In this document: positions 1 through 11,442 of the stretch, piece by piece
Layout: every line of letters starts with the position of its first letter
Position numbering within the stretch: position 1 is the first letter of the stretch
NCBI RefSeq assembly: GCF_032191835.1
Contig: NC_083239.1
Location: forward strand, 30,442,001 to 30,506,000
DNA: 64,000 nucleotides
From: Heteronotia binoei
Lineage: Eukaryota
Direction: 5' to 3'
The notes under the pieces: model-generated
Told to the model about the DNA's origin: nothing
Database searches by the model: none
What the model saw: the letters and a program-made list of their open reading frames with translations, nothing else
Position numbers and translations under genes: made by a program

Positions 1-244
1 TTCATGAAAGGAAATAAAAGTGAATGAAATGGAAAAAATAATGAAAAACTTAATGAAAGGAAAGGAACAACGCTCCTGAGGAATCTTCTTTGGCGGCCAT
101 GACTTGGACCCCCCCCAAGTCCAATCTTCACATAACGTGGAAGGCATGTAGAAGAGCATCCGGGGGAGATCTCATGTGAGTTCAATATCTCTAACTTGCA
201 CAGGGTCCTGGACATGAGCGGTCCTTGTTATAGCCGCCAAATAG

Positions 245-945
245 CCCAGTTTGGCCCAAGCTCATCAACTCTGGGGAATTAAGCAGGGTTGGCCACTGTC
301 AGTACTTGGACTAGAGACAGGGCTGCCAGGTCCAATTCAAGAAATATCTGGGGACTTTGGGGGTGGGGCCAGGAGACATTGGGTGGAGCCAGGAGCAAGG
401 TTGTGACAAGCATAATTGAGCTCCAAAGGGAGTTGTAGCCATCACATTTAAAGGGACCGCACACCTTTTTAAATGCCTTCCCTCAGTTGGAAATAATGGA
501 TAGAGGCACCTTCTTTTGGGGCTCATAGAGCAGGACCCCTGGTCCAATCTTTTTGAAACTTTAAGGGTATTTTGAGGAGAGGCACCAGATGCTATGCTGC
601 AAATTTGGTGCCTCTACCTCAAAAAACAGCCCCCCCCCAGAGCCCCAGATACCCTTGGATCAATTCTTCATTAAACCCTATGGGAATCAAGTTTCCATAG
701 GGAATAACAGAATGCCCAGCAGACATTTCCCTTCCCCCTCCCACTTTCTGATTACCCTGAAGTGGGGGGAGGCCTCCAAACTGAGGGATTCCCTCCCCGC
801 AGCTGGGGATTGGCAACCCTAACTAGAGACCACTTAAAACACAAGAGCTGCTACACAGAGGAAGGCAATGGCAAACTACCTCTGCTCATCTCTTGCCTTG
901 AACACTCATGGTAGGTGTCTCATTAGTCAGTTGCAGCTCTATGAC
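245..945 (+). mobile_element. 5S rRNA-headed SINE, interrupted by the hAT at 318-821
   Basis: Head 'aattaagcagggttggcc..tcagtacttgga' resembles the 5S internal control region; tail 'ggcaatggcaaactacctct..cttgccttgaa' resumes after the hAT. Confidence 0.7.
318..821. mobile_element. Non-autonomous hAT DNA transposon (TAGGGTTGCCA-type TIR)
   Basis: Ends cagggctgcca...tggcaacccta; perfect 8-bp TSD ACTAGAGA at 310-317 and 822-829. Confidence 0.9.
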
Positions 946-1461
946 ACATTCTTCTCTAGTTCTGGTTTGCCAGTTACTGGAAACTGGCCATCCTGGAAAC
1001 TAAGAAAGATAAGATGGTCACTCCTCTTAACAAGGATCCTCAGTTTTGTGTCTCAAGGCAAGAGGCCATAAGTAGTATCTGTTTTGTGCTGGGCATTGAG
1101 AAGAAAGCTGAGAAATATTAAAATCCATAGACAGGGTTGAAGAGGACAGTGGTAGACCATGTATTTTGCAAACAGAAAATCCCAGAGTCAGTCCCTCACA
1201 TCTCCAGTTAAAGGATCTCCAATAGCAGGTGGAGAAAAACATTCCACTGCCTGGGATCTTGAAAAACCACCCACAGTCACTTTACTAGGGTAGAGAGACC
1301 AGTGATCTGACTTCAGATTCGTATATACACGTGGACTAAGAATATCTACAAGTTTATGCACAGCAGAACCCTGGATACCAGTAGAGGAGAGAAGCCTTAG
1401 CTGTGAAGTCTGGATGTCCAGAGCGAACACTATGTGAATTGCATCCATAAGAAAAACATTC

Positions 1462-1680
1462 ACTTACCAGAATCTAGAGGCTGAAGTGTTGTGTCCAAAC
1501 TTTGGCCAGACCACAGTGGAAGCAATACATCAACAAGCAAGTTGTATTTTAGGTTGTAGGCAATATCTCTGCTAACTTCTGTGTGAAGCTCTTCACCCGG
1601 GAAACCAGAAATGAGAAGGATGCAGCAAGAAGCACCTGGAAATGAGGAAGTATTGACATCACAACCAAGGAAATGAGAAT
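1462..1680 (-). promoter_or_regulatory. Candidate myeloid-type promoter and non-coding first exon (possibly PTAFR)
   Basis: Minus-strand donor CTG|GTAAGT (1462-1467); GAAATGAG at 1608, 1639, 1670; GGAAATGAGGAAGT 1638-1651; TGACATCA 1654-1661. Gene identity inferred only from human synteny. Confidence 0.35.
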
Positions 1681-2429
1681 GGCAAATTTACCACAAAGGG
1701 CGGGAGAAGCCATAGTAAGCTAGGAGGTACTCATCACCAGGCTTGTTCCTGAAATGCCCTACAGAGATTCAGCCTGCCATTAAAGCAGACCTCATTACTG
1801 TCATTAACCTAATGACACTAATTGACATCCAGTAAACATTACAAAACCACAAAAAAGCTATCTGAGCTGTGGCAATGCCTGAGTCCTAGCCAGCTGTCTG
1901 CAACTGGAAAGTCAATCAGTGAGCACCTACAGCCATTCAATGACTCCACCAATTTCTCTACCCAACTAACTCTTTGAAATGGCCTTGGGAAAAGGGCATA
2001 ATCTGCATCATGCTTTCGTTGCAGCCAGAACAGGAAAATTCCAGATCCTGGGTGGAAACTAGAAATGAGCATCTTCATTATGTGCACCTAGCAATTTAGG
2101 TATCCTATCTTTTTAAAATTGTTCTCCGCTTTCAGTTGCAGGATAAGTAAGATGGTGCCCAGTGGGGTGAGTCTGGAGACCTTTAAGGACTCAGTGTGGA
2201 GTGGGAAATACCATCTCATTGGGCCTTACTTTCTCCACTTGTCCCCCTCATTGTGCAATTTCCATCCCCCTCCCATTTCATGCTTTCCTTCCCTGCAGCC
2301 CCCTTTTGTGCACTTTTCTTCTCCCTAAATCTGCTGTCATGAGTTTTGTTTTTTCTTCTCTCATCCCTTCGTCCGGTACTTACACTTAGGGTTTTTTTTT
2401 TCTTGCAGTGTTTGCAGATTCACATGGAT

Positions 2430-2916
2430 AGACCCAGCTGGTTGGCAGGGTCTTTAAATTGCTTGGGGAGGCGTGTGCCACCACTCTTTGTGATTTGAAT
2501 CACCAGCGGGGGTGGACTTCAAGCTTGAAGGTTGCCCCTGCCCCTACCAGTGATTCAGATTGCATGGGAAGAGCAGCAGGAGCAGCCACACAGACCTCCC
2601 CACATGATCTAAAAACCCCACTGGTCAGCAGGCTCTTTAAATGGAGGGGGAGGCCAGCCTCCTGCAAGATCGGGAGAGTGCCCAGGAGGAGGTGCCGGCC
2701 TCCCAGGTGACTTAAAGGCCCTGCCGATCAACTGATCGGCGGAACCTTTCATTGGCACAGGGAAGGCATCAGTTGTTCTGGGTGCTCTCCCATATGATTT
2801 AAATCACCCAGGAGGTGGCAGCCCCCACCCTCCCAGCGGGTGCCCAGTTTGGCATCCCCATCATGGCTGTGCCCTAGGTGACCGCCTAAGGTCATCTAGC
2901 AGGCACGCTGGCCCTG
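2430..2916. mobile_element. Degenerate hAT-like element (CAGGGCCGGC-type end)
   Basis: Right end 'gctggccctg' with subterminal 'gccctaggtgaccgccta' motif like 35007-35170; left end not resolved. Confidence 0.4.
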
Positions 2917-3264
2917 CTAATGGCTCTGCTGAGTTACCACGTCTTCTGCTTCAGTTGAACTTGCTAGCATGGGGACAATATACCGTACTTGATTCCTTTA
3001 GGGAAGGCAAACTCAACTGCTGCCTCTTCCCTTCATCACTCTTTGGAAAGTGTAATCAAATAGGCATGGTCTGTCTGCAAAGATCAGGATTCAAGCATTC
3101 AAAATATAAGGAAGTTTAACATATAAAAAGAACACACACAAAGTTTGTACAAGTATCAATCTGAGAAAGAATAAAAAGAAACAGTGAAAACACAGAGTCC
3201 ACAACTCTGTTCTTATCCTAAACAATGTTAAATAAGGATAGGCTATTATCTTTGGAATCCTGAC

Positions 3265-5674
3265 TAGGGGTGTGCATTTGGTTTGGCCGAACCGTATATA
3301 CAGCCGAATCAACACTGATTCGGCTGTATACGGAATTGGCCGTAGCCGATTCCCATTGCTGCCTATTATGCGGCAGCCGAATACGGCTCACTGTATACTG
3401 CCGAATAGCTATTCGGAAGTATACGGCTGTCAATGGAAAAGGCGGGAAAGTAGCTTCTGCAGCCTCAGTGGAGCTGCTTGCCTACTTTCCCGCCTTTAGT
3501 GGCCTCTTCCCGCCTCTCCCATAGCCTCCCTGGGATCAGGGAGGGGGGGAGGGGGAAGAGGAGCCCCCGCAGCCAATCCAAAGCATGCATTTGCAAAATG
3601 CATTGCAAATGCATGCTTTGCAGGGCTGTTGTGTAGCTGATGGCCCAGCCATCAGCTACATTGTTGCTATTTTGATCTTTTGCTTACTTGAGTATCCAAG
3701 TAAGCACTGTTGTCTGGCCAATCAGAGAGCAGTGCTATTTTTTGAAATTGCTCTCTGTAGGGCCGGAGAACCTTTTTAAGGAGTCTTCCTGGCTGGATTC
3801 CTCCATTGCTGTGTTGGTGTATGTGGGTTGGTGGTGTGAGAGAGATTGTGCTGCTGCTGGCTGGCCCTTGGCTTCAGCTGCTGCCTGCTGCTCTCTCACT
3901 CAGCCTTACCACACTTCCCTGGAGTAGAGAAGACAAGGTAAGACAGTTTTGGGGTTCTTGTTTTAGTTTTTGTTGGTAAAAGGACTAGAGTCCCTTTACT
4001 TGCCCAGATTTGGGTGGGTGAGCACTGGGTGGGTAGCCTATTTGGGGTTGGGGTTAGGTTCTGCTGGGAGTGGGGGCCTGGGGTGGGGGGGTTTGCTAAT
4101 TTGCCCATATCTTAATTTAGTGAGAGGACTTTTAAAAGTGCAGTGTCCTTTTACTTCTCCTGATTTGGGTGGCTTGGATTTCTTGGGGTTAGGGTGAAGG
4201 GGTTTTCTTTTGGGGGGGGGGTTGGCAAAGTTCCTGTATTGTTAAAAGTTGAGGTTTTTTACTGTTTTAAAAGTATTCAGTGTTTAATTTGTTGCTGCTG
4301 TGTTGTGCTGCTGCTGTTACTTTTATCTTCAGGTTATTGGGGGGGGGGTGCTGTTTGGCCTAATTTTCATTGTTTAAAAGGCCACTTTTGTCCCCCTTTT
4401 CCTGGTTCTGGTTTTAGGGGTGGGGGTGTTGTTGTTGACTGATTTGGCCTGAGCTTTCTTGTTGGTGAAAAGGCCACTTTTTAACACTTGGCCTTTTGTG
4501 ATTCTGCTGGTTTTGTTTTGTTTTTTTAAATTACCTCTGGTTGGTGTGGGGGTTGGCGAGGGTGTGTGTGGGCTGGGTCACTTTCTTGTTTTTATAGAGT
4601 AGATTGTGTGTTCTGTGGCAGGGAAGCTGGCACCTGGGTGAGAGACCCAGAACCAGCAGGCTTGTTGTGGTTGGCCAGCTCTCCCCGTGTTGTTTGGGGC
4701 AGGGCTGGAGAGCTGGCATCTGTAGATTGTGTGTTCTGTGGCAGGGAAGCTGGCACCTGGGTGAGAGACCCAGAACCAGCAGGCTTGTTGTGGTTGGCCA
4801 GCTCTCCCCGTGTTGTTTGGGGCAGGGCTGGAGAGCTGGCATCTGTAGATTGTGTGTTCTGTGGCAGGGAAGCTGGCACCTGGGTGAGAGACCCAGAACC
4901 AGCAGGCTTGTTGTGGTTGGCCAGCTCTCCCCGTGTTGTTTGGGGCAGGGCTGGAGAGCTGGCATCTGTAGATTGTGTGTTCTGTGGCAGGGAAGCTGGC
5001 ACCTGGGTGAGAGACCCAGAACCAGCAGGCTTGTTGTGGTTGGCCAGCTCTCCCCGTGTTGTTTGGGGCAGGGCTGGAGAGCTGGCATCTGTAGATTGTG
5101 TGTTCTGTGGCAGGGAAGCTGGCACCTGGGTGAGAGACCCAGAACCAGCAGGCTTATTGTGGTTGGCCAGCTCTCCCCGTGTTGTTTGGGGCAGGGCTGG
5201 AGAGCTGGCATTTGGGTTTGCTGCAGCCAGGTTTGCCTCAAACCCCCTGCCCCCCCCCCCCACTCAGTAGCCTTAATTATGCCCTATGTTGCCATTGATG
5301 TCAATGGCCCATAGGGTATAATGATGGAATAGGGGCACCCTCTTTGGGTGCCCCTGGAATGGGATCCCCTGGCCCAATCTTTCTGGGACTTGGGGGGGTT
5401 GGAGGGGAGAGTCCCCTGCAGGTCCCCTGCAAATTTGGGGGCTTTCCCTCAAACCCCCTCCCCTCCAGGCGGCTTCAAATATACCCTATTTGCCATTGAT
5501 TTCAATGGCCCATAGGGTATAATAGGGCCGTATATTCGGAAATAGCCGCACATCTACCGTATATGCGGCTATTCCGAATGTGGTATTCAGCAGTATATGG
5601 GGATTCCGCATTTTTTTCCCCCGTATACTTCCGAATCCGTGTAATGCCAAATTTTCTTTTTTTGCACACCCCTA
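3265..5674. mobile_element. Young non-autonomous hAT transposon, 2410 bp
   Basis: Perfect 12-bp TIR TAGGGGTGTGCA/TGCACACCCCTA; perfect 8-bp TSD ATCCTGAC (3257-3264, 5675-5682); CpG-rich CCGAAT/ATTCGG subterminal motifs; no transposase ORF. Confidence 0.93.
4599..5211. repeat. Tandem array, 5 x 123 bp, inside the hAT
   Basis: Units start at 4599, 4722, 4845, 4968, 5091; one visible substitution in unit 5; explains the four overlapping 220-236 aa ORFs with a 41-aa period. Confidence 0.97.
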
Positions 5675-5860
5675 ATCCTGACCTGGTAGCCTAGACTAGC
5701 CCAATATGATCGGATCTCAGAAGCTAAGCAGGGACTTGGATCGGAGACCCCCAAGGAGAAGTCCAAGGTTGCCAAGCAGAGGCAGGCAGTGGGAAGCTAC
5801 CTCTGAATGTCTCTTGCCTTGAAAACCCATGGGGTCACCATAAATCAGCTGCTTCTTAAT
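5675..5860 (+). mobile_element. 5S rRNA-headed SINE (hAT inserted at its 5' end)
   Basis: 'gatctcagaagctaagcaggg' 5S-like head; tail 'gaggcaggcagtggga..cttgccttgaaaaccc..ggggtcaccataaatcag'. Confidence 0.75.
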
Positions 5861-6254
5861 GGCAAAAAAAACCCCAACCTATTGAAGCTGCAGAATTTTA
5901 AATGCCTTGTTTTACAGGATTTGGAACCTCTCCTCATTTTCTTTTGACACATGGTCATGATGGAATCTCTAGATAAAGTCTTAGTCCTCAATGGTTTGTG
6001 CCCATCCAAAGAAAATGGGCAAAGAGAAGTGCTTCTTGACCCAGAGAGAACTCTACTTTTTCTGGGTTACACCTCTGAGGATGCCAATCACAGTTGTTGG
6101 CAAAACGTCAGGTCTCACAATGCCAAGACCATGGCCACACAGCCTGGAAAATCTACAACAATCAGCTTCTTGTTAATCCATCCCTTCCGGGTCAGTTCTG
6201 ATCTTCCTGCTTCTAAAGGAAGAAAATGCACTCTACCCTTTTGACTTTTCTTTA

Positions 6255-6767
6255 GGAGTGGCAATCTAGCAAGGTCTTAAAATGTAATGCCAGTTAGCAG
6301 AGATATAAACTTTATAAGGGACACAGATAAACATAATTAATTTTTTTAAAAACCCTTAAAATAAAACATGCTTAAAACATTAGCACTCATTGTATCTCTC
6401 CCGTGGAATCCAGGGAACTGAGCAAAGAAAGCTCTGCATCTTCCTTCCTTCCCCAGGGGACCGCGGGGGGGGGAGCCTCAGCCAATAGAAGGAAGGAAGG
6501 CTTGGCTCAGTAGCTCTGCTGTGCATTTGAGAAAGCCTGGCAAAGCAAGCTCTCCCTCCCTAAGGGAGGAGCCTCAGCCAATGGAGAAAATAGGGGTTTT
6601 GATCTGTAGCTCTAGTGCAGTTGAGCAAGCCCTCCAAAGCAAACTGTTATGCGGAAGAAAGCGAAAGAGAGGGAGAAGGAAGCAGACGACAGCTAGTTGC
6701 TTGAGGGCCTGATAGGAGCCCTTCGGAGGCCTGATTCAGCCCCTGGGCCGCATGTTTGATACTCTTG
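6255..6767. mobile_element. hAT derivative (CAGGGGTGTCAAAC family), partial
   Basis: Internal sequence homologous to 30687-31498 ('gagatataaactttataa', 'aaacatgcttaaaac'); right end 'tttgatactcttg'. Confidence 0.6.
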
Positions 6768-7924
6768 GGTTAGAGAGTTCTACTGAAAGCAGTAAAACCC
6801 AAGAGCCAAAAAGCTCCCTGGGTGACCTGTGACTGGTCAGCACAACTTCCCTTACAGGACTGTTGTGAGGTTAAAATGAGCCAGCTACCCTGATTTCTTT
6901 GGAGGAAGGGCAGGATAAGAAAATGCAATGAATACATAAGTTTGTATGGGAGGAATAACTGAAGATTCTGATCTTCCAGTGATTAACTTTCTAAAAAAAT
7001 TTTTTAAAAACAGACTCTCAGAGCTGTTTGACAGCTACATTTCTTGAATCATTCCTTGGGATCCAGTATGTTATTCCCATTTTACTATCCTTATCCATTA
7101 TATATGTGGGGAAATTATATTAATCTCATCTGCACAGTACTGGCATCACTTGTGGAGAATGGCTAAGAGTTACTAAACAGTTCCCAGCTACTCTCACTCC
7201 TCTTAATGCATTCGTGAGGTCTGTGACACATATGCCGGATCTGATCCTGAGTCATTGGGAGATATTGTTGCAGCAATGTCCTCCTGATATGGGTCATTCT
7301 GTTCAATCCATCTCATTGCATCACACCACTGCTTAAGCGTGTGAAAGAGTTGTACAGTATTATGTGACACTGGTGAGTTAATGTAAAGGAGGGCACGAAC
7401 AGGAATAATGGTGGTGGGCAGAAAGAAACAAAAAAGGAAGCAGTCTGAAGTCTTAATCATAAGAAGAGCCCTGCTAGATCAGACCATTTGTCCATGTAAC
7501 TATTTAAGATCCATGTGTGCTTTGGCTCTAATATGGTTAAAATTTTTAAAGCATGTAATGTGAAATAAAATGTCAATAATGTGGCTAAATTATACAAAAG
7601 AAAACAGGGCCAAAGGAGGTCAGTGGAGAACAGGAAAAAAGGTGTGAGAGATTGCCTAAAAATAAATAGATTCCCCTCTCCTATTTCATCAGGGATTTGT
7701 CCCTTTTTATAGTTGTTGGTGTATTTCAGTGGTTCAATAAATATTTCTGAGTAAGATGACCAAATATCCTGGTTATAAATCCATTCATAGGAGTCTCTGA
7801 TAATAAATTATTTATCAGCTGGCTAAAACCGCTGAATCATCTGATGAGCAAGGTATTGAAAGTGGGTGATTACTTGCCCATTAGTCTCATTGCAGACTGG
7901 ATTGCTCACAGAATCAGCTTTCAA

Positions 7925-8096
7925 CAATCAAGTTTGAGGGAAAGAGGGAAAGGCCCAACATGAGATGCGTTGACTCAATAAAAGAAGCCACGACCCTCGG
8001 TTTGCAAGACCTGAGCAAGGCTGAAGACAATAGGATGTTTTGACGGACATTCATTCCTAGGGTGGCCATAAGTCAGAAGCTACTTGATAGCACTTA

Positions 8097-8124
<28 letters not shown>
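7925..8124 (+). mobile_element. RTE-clade LINE 3' end with (CA)n tail (not BovB)
   Basis: Degenerate RTE C-terminus (GK..RPNMR..DSIKEA-like), ends 'ggtggccataagtcagaagctacttgatagcactta(ca)n'. Confidence 0.75.
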
Positions 8125-8127
<3 letters not shown>

Positions 8128-8387
8128 GGAATGTATTCTAGTAGAGCAAAAAGAACAAAATAAAAGCCCTGCTGGATCAGACAAATGGTCCATCTAGTCC
8201 AGCATCCTGTCCCACAGAGTGGCCAGGCAGTTCCCGTGGAGAGTCAGCAACAGGGCCTGGCCTTCCCCTGAGGTTGCTGCCTGACTGGGATTCAGAGGCT
8301 TAGATTCAGATTCCTCTGAATGCGGAAGTTCCTGTTAGTCACCCTGGCTAGTGGCCACTGAATAGACCTATCCTCTATGAATAAACC

Positions 8388-8822
8388 CAAGGGCCATTTG
8401 GTAAAAAAAAGGTTCATTAGCACAACTCATTTGCATATGCCACACACCCCTGACATTACCGGAAGGTGTACTAAATTATCTCAGCTCAGCATCTACCTTA
8501 AAATGCTTTTTGAATTAGAATTGTCATTGTAAAACCTTACTCCCGTCATACTTTTAAAATTACTTTCTCCTATGTGGCCGCAGTGGCATGATGAAGCTTT
8601 TCATCTGTCTTCTTTATATGTTTTGCTTATTTTTCCATTTTTTTGTGGGGGGGAAATATTAGAAAGTTTGTCAAATCTTCTGCAAAATTCTCACAGGGGG
8701 GTTGAACAATAGAGACCAGAAGCAAGTATTTGCAGGGTGGGTAGGTTAAGAAAGAAAGTGCACAATAAAGTTAGAGGTTCTGGAGCTCCGCTACTGTGAG
8801 CTCCTGCTCAAAATTAAGCCTG
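8388..8822. mobile_element. hAT derivative inserted in a CR1 3' fragment
   Basis: Ends caagggccattt...aaattaagcctg; TSD AATAAACC/AATAAATC (7/8). Confidence 0.7.
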
Positions 8823-8918
8823 AATAAATCTATTTCTTTTAAAAGCCATTTATGCTTTTGGCCATCACTACACCCTCTAGCTTGGAATTCCACATTTAAT
8901 CACTCTTAGTATAAAGAA

Positions 8919-9164
8919 CTGCTCATGACCTGAGTTTGATCCCGGTGGAAGCTGGGTTCAGATAGCCAGCTCAAGGTTGACTCAGCCTTCCATCCTTCCA
9001 GGATTGGTAAAATGAGTACCCAGCTTGCTGGGGGGAAGGTGTAGTTGACTGGGGAAGGCAATGGCAAACCATCCCATTAAAGTAATCACCTGCTGTGAAA
9101 ACATCGTGATGTAACATCACCCCAGAGTCGGAAATGACTGGTGCTTGCACAGGGGACTACCTTT
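8919..9164 (+). mobile_element. Sauria (Squam1-type) SINE, 5'-truncated
   Basis: 'gctcaaggttgactcagccttccatcc..ggcaatggcaaacc..gcacaggggactacc'; 13-bp TSD TTAGTATAAAGAA (8906-8918, 9165-9177). Confidence 0.88.
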
Positions 9165-9260
9165 TTAGTATAAAGAAGGCTTTCCTTTTGTCCATCCTGA
9201 ATCTACTGACCATCAGCTTAATTGGATGCCCCTGAGTTCCAATATTTGAGGGGAGGGGAC

Positions 9261-9621
9261 CAGTGCCAGATTAAACCCTGTGGAGGCCCCTAGGTAGTCA
9301 AAATCTTGGGGGGCCCCTAACAAGTTATCTCAGCACCCGCCCGACTACCAGCAGCCCCTGCTGCAGCCTGCAGGCACCTTCTCAAAAACCCCTTTGACAA
9401 AGCTGCGTGGAAGAGGCAGAGAGAGGCAAACTTGCCGATGCCACCAGCTGCATCCGGACCTGGCAAGTCAGGCAAAGAGTAGCTCAGTTGCTGGTTGCGC
9501 ATGCAGGCTGAGAGGGCTGCAAGCAGGAGGAAAACTGGGGGAGAAAGCCAGCCCGGGGCCCCTAAAGGCATGGGGGCCCATAAACCAGTGCCTACTTGGC
9601 CTAATTGTTAATCCAGCCCTG
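9261..9621. mobile_element. hAT derivative (CAGGGCCGGATT-type)
   Basis: Ends cagtgccagatt...aatccagccctg; TSD GAGGGGAC/GAGGGAAC (7/8). Confidence 0.75.
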
Positions 9622-10879
9622 GAGGGAACCACTAAGAACTGTAGTTGTTTACAGTACTCAGCTCATTCATGCACCAACTTCTCTCCAAAACTCACTTGTA
9701 AGTGGGCAGTTCCACATTGCTTGTATCAATGTTCCTTGGCTAGACCCATATCTCCAGCATCCTACAATATAATTCAGACTCCCCCACCCTTCCAAAACAG
9801 AGTCAAAGTAAAGTTAGCACATCCTGAGCATTTATTACTCTTGAATAAACATCCTCTATTTTTGGTAAGAAAATTACAGGGAGGCGAAGTTGAATAATTT
9901 TTGCCCAAATTCATCTCAGATCTAGATCTCAGATCTTATCAAGGGCAGTGCTCACCTTTTGCCACATAGGAGCTAGCTGCTGACTCTTTAATTCATTCCA
10001 GGAAGAAAGGGCCATTGCTTGGGAACTCCTCCTGAGAATTTACATTAGTGTGGGTGGTTCAAGGACTGAGTGTTTGTAACTCCCCTGAATTTCAGTGGAA
10101 TCATAATGCCCAAGGAGGAGTCATGTCTAAGTAGCCTTGGAGAGGAAAACCACAAGGGACACTCAAATGAGGAGAAATCCAGCAAGCAGACTGACAGGCT
10201 GTTGAACATGGACGCAGCAGAGCTAGGTCTAGTAGACATGTGCCCAGGCAAGCCTAATTTGAAAGGCTTTGTAAATCAACCACATCAAGGAAACCCACTA
10301 AGCTGCTCTGGGTGAATAGGGTCACCCTGGATCCAGAATGTGGTAACCCGGCAGGCTGCCTGACTTGTAGCCCTTAGGTGGCTTGCGGCAACATTTCCCA
10401 AACTTTTTGCTATGGTGACTCCAAACGCTAACCCAATCCAAGGCTAACCCAACGTTTGGGCACTTCAGGCAAGTGATAATCTTGGAATCCCAGTTCAGGT
10501 TTCCATTTTCTATAGTAGCTAACCATATGCATTTGAGAAACCAACAAACATTGGGCACAGCAAAACCCCCTCCCCCAAATTAAACACAAGCAAGCAGCAT
10601 TATGACATTCACAGCCTTTGCATGTGGAAGTTACATTGCAGCCTCGGACCCCCCTCTCCTTCTCCATTACTCCCTATAACCCTCCCCTCTTAGATTCTAA
10701 GCGACTCACTCTAGTAACCAGCAGGACACATTTTCATTGATGAACATATTAATTGATCAACATGGGAGAAAAAATTACCAGCTAATATGACATGGAGGAT
10801 GCTTTTTTCTGAATTTCAAAAGAAAGCAATGGAACAAATAGATTCAGATGGGCAGCCATGTTTATTTGAAACAACTGAA

Positions 10880-11001
10880 CAAAGTTTGAGTCCAGTAGCA
10901 TCTTTAAGACCAGTGAAGTTTAATTCTGTGAATAAGTACACGCACATGAAAGCTTATACCCAGAATTAAACGCTGTTAGTCTTAAAGGTGCCATTGGACT
11001 C
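10880..11001. mobile_element. Penelope-like element fragments as an inverted pair
   Basis: 'gagtccagtagcatctttaagacc' is inverted relative to 'gtcttaaaggtgccattggactc'; same family at about 13175, 15452, 27720, 33575, 36530, 43510, 45905. Confidence 0.6.
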
Positions 11002-11442
11002 ATTGGAAAGAGTACAAATATTCATTTGGGAGGGCTGGTCCATGACCCACTTTTAGAGGCTTTGTGACCCTCTTTTGAGTCTCAACCCACTGGTTGGGAA
11101 ACACTGGTTTATGACATAGGGCAGCAAGACCACAGATCTGAAAGGCCTCCTGTTGATTCATGAGACAACTTCACTGTCACATGTGCTTAGAGACCACCAT
11201 TCCATATTGTCATGTGTTTAGGGTCTTGCTGCCCTTTTGCATTACAAACCCAGATTCTGTTTGTGCTGGCAGGAAGCTTGCACAATGCTAACAGTGAAAG
11301 GCTGTGGGCAGCAGGAAAGCCTACATTCTGAAAGCTGCTGAGGATAGTCCTGCTGTGCTCTGAATAAATATGTTTAGGATTGTACTGGACTATCTTAACC
11401 AGGGTGGCCACGTTTCTGGCTTTGGTGCTAAAACAGTGTGGT

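Noticed and set aside
4599-5211. Array as CRISPR-like
   Set aside because: Units are identical with no variable spacers; vertebrate context
4531-5314. Four 220-236 aa ORFs on both strands
   Set aside because: By-products of the 123-bp array in a non-autonomous transposon; no domain, and no ATG on the plus-strand ORFs
7203-7460. 85-aa minus-strand ORF with an acceptor-like tract
   Set aside because: No recognisable homology and no convincing exon chain
10070-10315. 81-aa ORF and three RUNX-like motifs
   Set aside because: No homology recognised; short motifs are expected by chance
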